A stretch of 54,306 nt of DNA, filler included, from Bipalium vagum (Eukaryota): the NCBI GenBank assembly GCA_037834085.1. It is 3 parts of 3 records of this genome, joined end to end, with 100 filler letters (N's around TTAATTAATTAA, not from the genome) between each part and the next. Parts side by side here need not be neighbours in the genome. Positions count along the whole stretch, not along the records: positions 35,614 to 54,306 come from JBBMKC010022704.1; 2 more parts are not named here. One strand, 5' to 3'. The position numbers were made by a program, and so were the translations under genes. The notes under the pieces were generated by a model. It ran no database searches, was not told the DNA's origin, and saw only the letters and a list, made by a program, of their open reading frames with translations. Numbering within the stretch: the stretch's first letter is position 1; every line of letters begins with the position of its first letter. This document shows positions 38,435 through 49,730 of the stretch, one piece after another.

Positions 38435-40100
38435 CAGGGGTGATCACGATTAATGTATTAAAGACCCACATATAAAATTCAAGTGTGAGTAAGAGCCACA
38501 TGAGAAATACATATTTGATTTTTGTAGACCAAAAGAAATAAGAAAAACAAATAGAGAAGCCAAAATGCTTCATTTATACATTTAAAGTCATTGTTCAGTT
38601 TTACGCAGACTTTTACTTGTATGTTTGCCTTTCTTGAAAGTAAGGCTCATAATAAGTTGTAGCTGTCCTCAATAATTCATTCAGGTGTCAGTTAATGAGC
38701 ACAGTCCTGTTTTTTGAGTTGATGTACGTTATGAGAGAGTACACAAACTCACAGAAACATTGATACAAATATTCTGAAGGGACGCTGACTATTTAGTCTC
38801 TTTACTGTTGGGTACTTGTCGTAAGAAACAATAGTTTCCAGAACTCTCGTGTTGAGGATGAGACTGTAGCAATGATTTGAGAGCAAACTCTTGTTGCAGA
38901 TCCAGTAATTCAGCTTCTATATTTGCTGTCTGGGTAACCATAGGTTTCTGAACTGGACCTTCATCCTTTACGACATCAACGTCTATTGGATTTAGTAATA
39001 ATGAAAAGTTGCAAAATTAGTTGAAACACCCTCCGCGCTCTCAACATACATTTTTCATATTTTCAGAACTAATAAGCTCTTCATCCAAAGTGGAGTGCTG
39101 TAAAGTCTTTGTGTTAAGGTCACTCTGAAACTATTTAATTTTATTCGGGAAACTAACTATTTTTTGGACTGGATCATTAACAATCTTGTCTTTCCCTTGT
39201 AAAGACAAGTTAAGTGCTTGTAAATCCTTTATAGGTACAGTAAAAAAAAGATCCTGTATCCATCCAGTATCTCCCACTTATTTGTAATTGTTCCTGTTTT
39301 CTTTTAAAATGTGCAGATATATCGAAAGAGATCCACAAACCTCTTGAAAACATTACAAGTTGATAGCCATCTAACGGTGCAGTAGTAATTAACATCGTTT
39401 GGAATGTTATCTTCATCTAACTGATCTACATGGGGTTTTTGCAGTTCAACGAATATGTTTTACAATGTCCAACACAGTTTTCATGACATGGCCATATATA
39501 AAGTACTGTTTTGTTGAATGTTCTCTCTGATTAACACAATGGATAGGTAAAAAGTCTAGGTAGTTAAGATCTTTCATAATTAGTGTAATTAAACCACTGT
39601 ATGTTCCTACCATTGTGTGAGGGGTACCCATCTGTGGCTTTACTTAAAAGTTTCATAAAACATTAAGAAGGAATATTTTCAGAAGGCACAGGATCGATTG
39701 CTTTTTTCATGTCAACTGAGGTAGCCAGATCATTTTTCAATGACATTGACACTGATGTCTTCAATTCCACGTACAATACTTTGCCTTGACAATCTAGAAA
39801 ATATGACGTTGGAACCTACTGTTATTTGGATCCAATATACATGCTACTTGTAGGACCGTTTCTTTAATAAACTCACAATCAATGTAGGAACGCTTAGATC
39901 TGGCAATATTCCAAGCTATAGCATAGTTAACTTCGGTATTAACATCTTCTTTACAAAACGCAGTGAGTATTTTCAATTGACACAGTGTCGACCTCTTCGA
40001 TGAATTGACTTTGTGTAAAGGAATCTCTGATTCCAGAGGACATTGGGAGTGAAACTGACCGTGGTTGGTGTCCGAACGCCGTTTAAAATTGCCTGCCTTA
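38435..40100 (-). mobile_element. Decayed hAT transposon (GTF2IRD2/EPM2AIP1/SPIN-like transposase)
   Basis: YAIAWNIARSKRSYIDCEFIKE, (TD)G..MVGTYSGL, FLPIHCVNQREH and VMKTVLDIVKHIR, with frameshifts. CAGGGGTG terminus at 38435. Confidence 0.82.
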
Positions 40101-40531
40101 AAAGGATTAAGTATTAAGTATTACAACTCAAACATAAGAGCTTTCCGCTTCTTTCAGGAAAATCAATTTTTCCAATTCCTGGAGAAATCCACGATTTTCT
40201 TTTCTTACAAGACGTCATTTTTTTTTAATATAAAGACTATTTTAGAATTTTTCTTAGTAAAACATGGCGAATAAGTTCATTTTCATTACTATACCTCTTC
40301 AAGGACTTTGATTTATGCTCGATATCTCTCAATTTTATGCAACTTTTCTTTACCCAAAGTCGAATAAAATTAGTCGATCGAAGAAAGCAGTGAAAATCTT
40401 TTTGAACCCTTATTTCGATACCTCAGGTCTCAGTTAAATCATGTTAAAAGTAGAGAATTGTCGCAATAGATTTATTAATCGTGAAAGTGACCGCTGTGAG
40501 ACGGTCAGTCTCTCTTAACAACTAAAAGTTC

Positions 40532-41273
40532 TTATTGATATCTGTACAAGGACCTGTAATTCTTGTACTGCCTCGGTAAAGGACTGTTGACGTAGACGGA
40601 CAACATGCACAAGTCGTTTCCGGATTTTGAGAAATAGAATGACTTGCAATGTGGAGAGTTCAAACATCTGAAATACAAAATACCAAATGAGAACGAGATT
40701 ATTTAATAATTAATACAACCTCATTCCGCATTCAATTGAGGTTTTCGTCGTGTATTTTTCGTAACAGCCTTCTTCATTATCATCATTGAAAATATTGGAC
40801 GATTCTTTCAAGAATATTCTCGTTTGTTTGACTTTCACCTCTTCGTAAACGCAGATCAAATCACTGAAACTTTGGCAAGGTACGTCAGCCATTCCTTTTC
40901 GAGTATCCACGGAACAATCTTCATTATTCAATTTTCCATCAGGCTCGTCCGATTTCCAGAAAACATCATATCTAAACTTCTTGTCGTCGGCTTCCCGCCA
41001 ACCAGTTTTAAATTTTTTTCTTTCGTTTAGAAGGTCATTGATACTAGTGAAAAAGAACAGGTTATATCTGCATTCGCGAATGCTTTTGATTTCATAACCT
41101 TTCGCTAAACGTCCATGGATCTTTGAGCAGTTGCTCCAAGCTTGGCAAAATGTCACTGTTGCGTTTCCTATATAAGTGCAAACACCTTTGCAATACTCAT
41201 AAGGCTGTGGACATGACAGACTAAGTCTATAAATGAGTGTGGAGAATAGTGCAGCTAATTGAAACCATTTCAT
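40532..41273 (-). CDS. Secreted C-type lectin domain + C-terminal PAN/apple domain protein
   Basis: Signal-peptide-like start. CTL cysteines, TFCQAWSNC..IHGRLA, FW...EPD....EDC, and DVPC.....IC. A 52-bp GT-AG intron (40719-40668) joins ECGMR to CLNSPHCKSFYFSKSGNDLCML...YQ* (stop 40532-40534), the PAN C-x3-C-x5-C-x-SF pattern. Confidence 0.85.
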
Positions 41274-44236
41274 AATGAAAATAATGATTTTGCCTTAGAA
41301 AAGGTTTCTATATTATACTAACCATTATTTGACCAATTAGGCCAATAGAAATCGAGTAATTATCACATTATCTAATGATAATGAAGATAAAAGTATAATA
41401 ATAACGAGGGTAATAATCGTAGTGCATAACGGTATCTGCATTATTTCTTTATAATATTTAATTTTTTATTGTTTACAGTAGCGTAGTGCCCTCCCATTGG
41501 TGCAGTCTACATAATTACCCTGATCATTACTGTATAATAATAAAAATAATAATGATATTATTATTATTAATAAATAATAATAGAATCGCTAATTTGTGCA
41601 AAGGAAAAGAAATGATACAAAAAATATATAATGATTCTGATTAATTTAAATATTTCTCCTTTAAATAATTTAACCTAGAAATTTTGACCTCTTTACCGCT
41701 CTGAGCCATCTCCATTGTTTCACTTTGTTCTCAGAGAATGTGAAATATAAAATATAAAATCTAGGGCGGAGGGGAGAGTGCACCTTCCTCGAAAAGTTAT
41801 CCTTTTCTGAATGTTGCAATCGGTATTTATGAAATTATTATCATTATTAATAATTATTCTTAATAATTAAAACAAAGGTTTTATCAATAAAGACAATACC
41901 AAATGAAGGTAAATGGAAAATATTTCAAATGAAGAATAAAAAAGTATTCGTCTACTTTTCTTTGTATTGGTAAAGAATGGAGACGCCTTCATTGTTTAAT
42001 AATTTTCACTGCAGCAGCGGTGTCATGACAAAGGTTTCTCAAGACTTACTTTTACAGATGATATAAAATGTATTCACATACGTACTTTTCTGTTTATGAA
42101 GAAAATGATTTATGAGCAAAATATTACTTTCTTAAGCTTTCTTTAGCACCTTTCTCTTATTATGCAATTTGAGCATGGTTGAAGGAACTAAAGAAACGTG
42201 GTAGAATATTTGGAATTTATTATAACTGACGCTATCAAAACCCTTTACGAGTCAACATGATTCAGCTATAAATAACCGCCAAACACTATCCAATTTTCCT
42301 TTTTATTTTTTAAATATGGAAGGTTATTAAAAGGAAAGGTTAAGAATATTTCCTTACATCAAACGCAAAAGAAACACAAAATGTTTTCGATTTTCAAAGA
42401 TTAATAATGGTCATATCTTTTACAAATCGCAAAATCAAATTGAGCTTGGGCATGAGAAATATGACCAGAGTCCTCGTATTTGTTGATAATAATATACGAA
42501 TGAATATCTTCAACGAAAGTAATTCCAGATAATTAGCGGTTATTATCATAGATAGATTAAATTTAGATTCAGTTTCTAGACTTAATAGAGGTTGACAAAA
42601 TGCAAAAGAATTCATCTTATAGCCCGGCTTTAATATATTTTTATATTTATTATTACAGAAAATGATAAAAAATTAATTAAAAATTTACAGATCCTTAAAG
42701 ATGAATTCCCTATTAAATTTTTTAAGATTTGAAGTTGGAAAGGACAACAGAAAAGGAATATTTATATTATATTTTATTTATAACAAGTTAACAATACAAA
42801 TACAAATAGAATTATGATTGAATGTAATATAGTCGAAAGTTCTTTTTATAATGAAGAAAAAAGTAGTTTAATATTCGATTTCCAAGTAATACAATTAGAA
42901 AAGGGCATAAGACAGTTGAAAGGTCTAAGTATTTAATTTACTATCATTTAATTGTAAGAGAAATTAATGAAATAATATTTTAAGTAATTATTCATCAATT
43001 ATAAATGATTGCAATGGTGAATTTATAGAGGTTTTAACAAAGAATAATTAAAACAATGAACTTTTATTTATGAGATGGACTGTATACTGTATTAATAATT
43101 TTTAATGAGTTCTCAACTTTATAAATTAAATTTTATAATTATTTTTATGTTAAAAAGTATTTTATATAGATTAAAAGTTTTGTAAATTGTATGATAATGT
43201 CCAACAAGATTTCCGAATTTTAAGATGAACAATTGTTTAAGTTTAGTTGTGGTGTTTGCTTTGTTTGATTACATTTTTAATTATTCTTTTCATCTTTTCG
43301 CTTAAATGTTTAATTAGTGGTTGCTAAACTTAATTAGGTTAACATATAAATAGCTGCTTGATATTTTCACGGTCATCTTTAGTTTATATAAATTAAATTT
43401 TTCATTAGATTTAAAAAAACGAAATAAGGTCCTGTTTAGGGGCACATATCATGATTGTTTATTAAAAAATCATTATTATGTTGTCGTTGTAATAATCATA
43501 GTATTGTCTTTTAAAACTTTAATTAAATAAATTTGAATTAAAATCACTTGAATAAAAAAAATCTCAACTTTTAGATAAAAACTAAATTAAGAAATTAAAT
43601 ATCTTCAAAATAATCAGAACTCAGTAAATTGCACAATTAAAATTATGAATATTTATCAAATATTTAATTAACAAAAATTCATCAACATTTATTATTCCAA
43701 TTTTATTTACATTTTAAATTTTAAAATTTTAACTAAAAAATCTAATAAATGTTAAAAACTGTAACTTTAAAATTTTTTAAAACTTAAAATTAAAAAAATC
43801 TAATAATCTGTAATTTTGATGTGAGGTTCTTATTAAAAATATCATCCAAACTACTCATACTGATTATTTACTAAAAATAAGAATAAAAAAATTTCCATCT
43901 ATTCACATATATTAACTTAAGTTAACATTCCCTTTAGTAATTTAACTAAATACATTTCTAAATTTAATTTTAATTATTATATGTATTGCACAAAACTATT
44001 TTCGAAATAATATTTTAAATTATTAAAATCATTTGCAATTTATTTAATATGATACGTTCACTATCATATCTCGAATAAATTCAAAAGAAAGAAAAATAAC
44101 TTTTTCCACGCCAACTGAAAATCTAAAAATTGTTTAAGTTGTATAAATAATCCAAAAATGGTGTTTTAATAATTTGAAATATTTACAAACAAATTCAATT
44201 TGAGATTTTGAATCAAAATTCAAATCGACACATTTT

Positions 44237-47200
44237 ATGTTCCCAAAAGGTAAATCGACATCGGTACCATCAGACTCTCAAGCGAAAGAAAAGTGAGAAT
44301 TTTTCCCTCAACACTTTGAACCGATATTGTTGTTTCCAGACTCGCTAATCATGTATATGAATATTTGGTTCACAACGGCGCAACGAAAGCCGCACAGTCA
44401 TTTCTGCAAGAAGTAAAACAATCGAACGTTTTCAAAAACGATTCCAAAACCACCTGTGATTGTATATTTGTCATTTCAGATTCACTGGGACAAGCCGTGG
44501 CAAGTTGGAGAACCTCCGGGGTTTTTGAACCAGTGGTGGTGGTAAAGCTTTATGGTTTTGTTGTCTTTTCCATTTCTAAAATGTCTCGTTTTTTTTCTTT
44601 CTCACATTGGTTCTTTTCTGCATCGGTATCGGTCCAGCGTGTTTTATGATCTTTACAGCGCTGCTCCAGAAAGACGCGAATCGTTCGAGCACTCAAGCGA
44701 AGCCAAAGCGTTCCATGATTATGTAAGGCATCCACATCGGCCGCTGCGTTAATTTTTTGTTTTTTATCGTTTTAGGGCTTTGTCAACAGCGGTTATCCGA
44801 ACGGTTTGCCCCGGGTGAGTGACGCTCATTGATTGTTAAATATTAAAATAAAATTAATGCTCAAATCGATCAATATTTAAATTTGAAAATTTTTTTTTCA
44901 AATGAACATTTAAATGTTAATGTTTTATAATTTTAATTAATAATAATAATAATGACTTCTTTTAAATTGTATCGACCAGTGCAAAAAATCGTTAATGTCA
45001 TGAGACAAAAACTGGAAATAAATGTATCAATATATATCGACGACACTCGATACCCCAGTCCGACGAAAGTCTATGGACGTGTCCTTCCTCTCTCTCTCTC
45101 TCTATCTATCTCTCGTAGAATTTACCTTGGTCGTCCCTCTCTCGTTCTGTGTCTGTATTTTCATTGGTTGAACGTGTCTCTAGGGAATTTTGCGGTTTTC
45201 TTGAACTTTCTCTCGTTCATCTTTGTCAGTTCTGCAATTGCCCCCACGTCACGTCCCGGTCATTCTCGTTCTCTTTTTCTCTCTGTGTATGTTTGTGTGA
45301 CTGTGTGTGTTCCTCTTAACGTTTCGTTTGATACGCTTGACTGATTTTTATTTGTCGAAGATAAATCGATCTAGTTTCGTCCTAGTTTTTGTCGATGTCG
45401 ATGTTTCTGCCGACAGCGACAATACGATTCACGGAAAAACGGTGATAATAATAGTAATAATAATAAAAAGAAATAGTAATAACAATTAACGATAATAAAT
45501 ATTATAAAAAAAATTAAAACAAAATTATTAAAAAGAATCATGAAATAATATAAATAATAAAAATTAATGACACTAGTAATACATAAATTATAAAAATAAT
45601 CATAATAATAATAAAAGAATAGAAATACCATTTGAAAAAAAAACGACAATATAAAAGAAAAAAATTAAATTAATAAAGAATGTTATTAATAAATTATAAT
45701 AGTTGATTATAAATTAAGGTAATAGTAATAATACAAATTAATAATTCTTAATAATAAATAAGAATAATATTTTGATAAGATAAAATTATTATTATTATTA
45801 TTAATGAAAATTAAAAACTGATAATATTAATTCAAATATAATTGGATTTTTAAAAAATAATATATAATAATTAATATTAAATTTTATTAATAAAAATTCT
45901 AATAATAAACATGTTAATAAAATTATTATTATTTAAGAATAATGATGAAGAAATAAAAGAAGTATTTCCTCATTTCAATTAGTACCGGATTTACCAGAAA
46001 TTAAACCCATTGATTATTTTTGCAATATTAACCTTTTTAAGATAAAATTTTTCCCAAAATAAAAAAATTGCTTTCAATAATCTGTACTAAAAATATATAA
46101 CAGTTTAGAAATATGATAAAAATAATTCTATGTAAAACATTAATATATCCGATTTCTGCAGATATTAAAAATGCTCGAATTCGGCTAACGTTTTTATTCA
46201 ATTTCATTAGAATTCAAGTTTATCATTTCAATAGTTGATTTAAAAATTCATTTTCTTTATGTCTCAAAGATCTCAATTGCTTATTAGAGATACCTTAAGC
46301 TCTAGATGTAGAACTTATATTATTGTTCATTTTAATTTTTTTTTCTAAAGCATCTATTTTAAACTTTATCCTATAAAACTTTCTGTGGATAAGAATATTT
46401 AAGTTATTTTTCATTAAAAACGGTATTAATATAAAAATATATTGAAATTTTTATTTAATCAATTCAACGATTAAAATATATTCTAGAATAATTAATTAAT
46501 TCTAAATTAGGTACCAAATTAGGTAATTCTAAACAAAGACTTATGATTCTTGAACTATTAATATCTTTTAATTTTCCATGAAATTTAATGTTAAAATACT
46601 TAATCTATTTAAAAATATTGAAAAAAAAATTATTACGAAGCGAAATACTTTTAAAAAAATTTTACAAATCCAAAAATAAACCTATAGTCATATTTTCACA
46701 TGGGTTTATTTTCCGGGAAATGCGGTAATGCTTATTTTTATCTATTTTTGTTTTGGTTTTTCATTAAAGGCTTGATTACATTTATTAAATGGTTTTTTGT
46801 CTAATATTTTTAAAAATGTTTTAAAATGGATATTTAGATAATAACCAATCAGAAACATGGGTATTTTTAAGAAGGTTACTTGTTCATTATCGTTTTTTTA
46901 GTTTTCGCTTCCTTTTTTATCTTTATCTCAATTGATTTATGTTGTTCACCTTAGAATCCATCGATCCCCAGTCCGATCAGTGGTGGAATGCCACCAGCTG
47001 GCGGAAGACCTCCGTCAACGCAGGGCATTATCAATCCGGACAGCAACATTCATACTCCCGTTGTCTCCATGCAAGGCGGACAAATGATGGTTCCGGCCGG
47101 ATCGTTTTTTGCCGTAAGTTATTTCGTCTTTGTTCGTCTACCATGTTTCGGAAGCATTTAAAAATTGTATTGATAATTATTATCATTATTGCCCAATAAA

Positions 47201-48941
47201 TAAAATTTATGTAATTGATGTTTTTTTCGATTGAAAAAATATAATTAATTAAATGTAATAGATATTATTTTTTTAAAATAATCGTTTTTAATAACCATTA
47301 TTATTATTGATTATTATTGATTACTGATTAATGTTGTTTATGGATTAGCCCGGTCACCCCATGTCTAATATTGGTGGTCAGACAATCGATATGATGAGAA
47401 ACAGGGCTGCGTTCCACCAATCGCTCCGGTTCCAGCAGGGAGGAGCACCGATGATGGCTGCCTACCATCCAGGAGGAGCCATGCCTCCTCGGCATCGGTT
47501 CCTGGGCAACTCGGTTCCTCCGATTGGAATCGCTCACAGTCCCGGACCGTCAAACACGCCTCAGGGAGCAGGCCAGCAGATAATGGCGAGTCCCAACGAC
47601 GGTCTTCAGAACGAGTTGCAGCAGTCGAACTCCGGTGGTGGTCCCCCTGACCCATTTGGAGGCGGTCCTGGAGGACCGAATGGCGGTGTGCCAGGCGCTG
47701 GAGGACCGGGACCCGGAGGAGTAGTAGGAGGAGGCGTTGGTGGTTCCTCCCGAAGTCCTTCACACGTGATCTCACAGCCCGCTCCCGCATTCCCTCCTCC
47801 ACCAGCTTCAGAGACGAACTCCGATCCCCAGAGCGCGTCAGTCGCAGCAATTATGAATGGCGGTGGAGGTGTAGGTGGGGGAGGAGGCGGTCAAAGCGGC
47901 GGTCCTCCGCCTCAGATGCCTCAGTTTTCCACCAAGCAGCATCAGTCCCACACGATGGAGTATTTGCCCAGCTCGGGGATGAGCTTCGTTGACCCACCTG
48001 TCTCTATGAAGCACTCGCCTCAGCTGCACAATCCGAATCAAAATGCTGCCAATGGTAATGGCAACGGCAACAATGGCGGCGTCAATAACAATGGTAACAT
48101 GAACGAAGTGATCCTCGGGGGCGGTGGTGGCGGCGGTGGAGGCAATGGGAACAGTCTCTCTGATTTCTGCAACCCAATGCCTCCAAACGGCGGTGGTGGT
48201 CCTAGCTTCTCGTCCGAACACGCAATGCGCGCCGCTGCCGCTGCCGCCGCCGCCGCCGCAAACCAATCATCAGTCCCATTAGGCGTTCAGCCGATCTCTC
48301 AGCTCCAAATGATGCAGCAAGGCCTAGGATCCCACCACGTTCCTCTCAGCATGCAGTCCATGTCCATGGGACCGTCCAATGCCGCACAGTTCATCTCACA
48401 TCCTGCTGGGATGCCCATCAACGCCAGTCCTCAATTTCCAGTATGTCTCACTTTTATTTTTTTCTGAACGTATTTTTCTTCTTTAATCATCCATTCCAGT
48501 ATGTCTCACTTTTATTTTTTTCTGAACGTATTTTTCTTCTTTAATCATCCATGTTAATTCATTTGATGTCAAAAAATCGATTTCAGCGAGAAGTTTGTTT
48601 CTAATATTTAAGTGAGAAAAAATTAATCTCCTGCTTCGTTAGTTTTTATACTATAGATTTTATCGATTTCTGTTCATAGGAATCAAAACCTTAATCATTT
48701 TATTTATATAATTGATTACAATTATTTATTATTGTTTATTATTTATTTTATTTTTAATATGGTTTTTATTATTGATTAAAAATTTTTATAAATTATCATT
48801 ATTATTGATTGATTTTTATTTTAAAAATTTCTCAGCAAGCATATCTCGCTGTCATCAATAGTTTTATGTAGTGTTTTATTTTGATTGTAAATTGTTTTAT
48901 TTCAGGATTATGCATTCACATCCATGTCCCAGGTCATCTGA
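44237..48941 (+). CDS. SSBP3: SSBP2/3/4 (Ssdp) LUFS/LisH-domain LDB1/Chip cofactor
   Basis: Exons 44237-44292, 44340-44412, 44480-44541, 44638-44722, 44776-44814, 46955-47113, 47349-48440, 48906-48941, all GT-AG and in phase. The spliced N-terminus is [92 protein letters not shown], then a P/G/M-rich region ending [11 protein letters not shown]. The symbol denotes the family; the paralog cannot be resolved. Confidence 0.93.
45086..45114. repeat. (CT)n microsatellite in SSBP intron 5
   Basis: Directly visible. Confidence 0.8.
48436..48551 (+). repeat. Perfect 58-bp tandem duplication spanning a splice donor
   Basis: ttccagtatgtctcacttttattttt...ctttaatcatcca occurs at 48436-48493 and 48494-48551. 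Confidence 0.92.
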
Positions 48942-49204
48942 AAAGTATTTTTTGATTCACCTCTCTCTCTTCTATTTCTCTGTGTGTTTATGTAAGACCC
49001 ACACAACACACAGAACCACACATAAATCACCTCAGCCACCTCTCCAAAGCACCAGCGGCAACAGCCAAAACCCGAATTTGGTATAGTGCAAAAACAGAAA
49101 ACCTCTAATGTTTCTCCCTTATTCTTTCTCTCCCTCTCTCTGTTGTAAAGTGTTACATAATGATATAAAGAGTGTAAATAAGTCGCATGTAGTACAGTTG
49201 GATC

Positions 49205-49210
49205 AATAAA
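49205..49210 (+). promoter_or_regulatory. Candidate polyadenylation signal for SSBP
   Basis: AATAAA about 265 nt after the stop, where composition returns to high AT. The motif is common in this DNA. Confidence 0.35.
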
Positions 49211-49435
49211 TTTATAATCGATATTGTATTTTAAATGATGTCCGATTATAGTATTTTTTTAATAAATACTTTGAGATAGTATTTTTGATGTGTAGAAACA
49301 TGTATAAAGTACAACATATCCATGTAAATTTATTATTGATATCGATGGAAAAAGATAAAAAGTCAATAATAGAAAATTAAGATTTCATCACGTGAACGTT
49401 ATGAACAGGAAAACTCGTTATATCTATATATATAT

Positions 49436-49730
49436 ATTTTTCAAGTATACGTTTTTTAAAAACATTTTGAACACAAAATTGTATTTATACTACTATCTTG
49501 ATACATGTTTCGATATTTTGGTTCAGATCTTTTTCAATCAATTTTATTATTTTTCTTCATCATAAAATTATATCATGTATTTTCTAAAAATTATGAGTGT
49601 TATCATTTGAAGATAGACAATGTAGAAGAATATTAAAATTGACCGAAAAGATCGAAAAGTGTATCAAGATAGCAGTAAAGATAAAATTTTGGGTTCAAAA
49701 AGGTTTTTAAAAATCCTATACTTGAAAAAA
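49436..49730. mobile_element. Foldback/MITE-like element with about 90-bp imperfect inverted arms
   Basis: 49436-49523 (ttttcaagtatacgttttttaaaaacattttgaacacaaaatt...ctatcttgatacat..ttcgat) is the approximate reverse complement of 49641-49730. Confidence 0.75.

Noticed and set aside
44365-44752. ORF-track ORFs at the SSBP 5' end
   Set aside because: They are exon-plus-intron read-throughs or antisense frames of the spliced gene.
47328-48266. Antisense ORFs (161, 142 and 69 aa)
   Set aside because: Shadow frames of a GC-rich coding exon.
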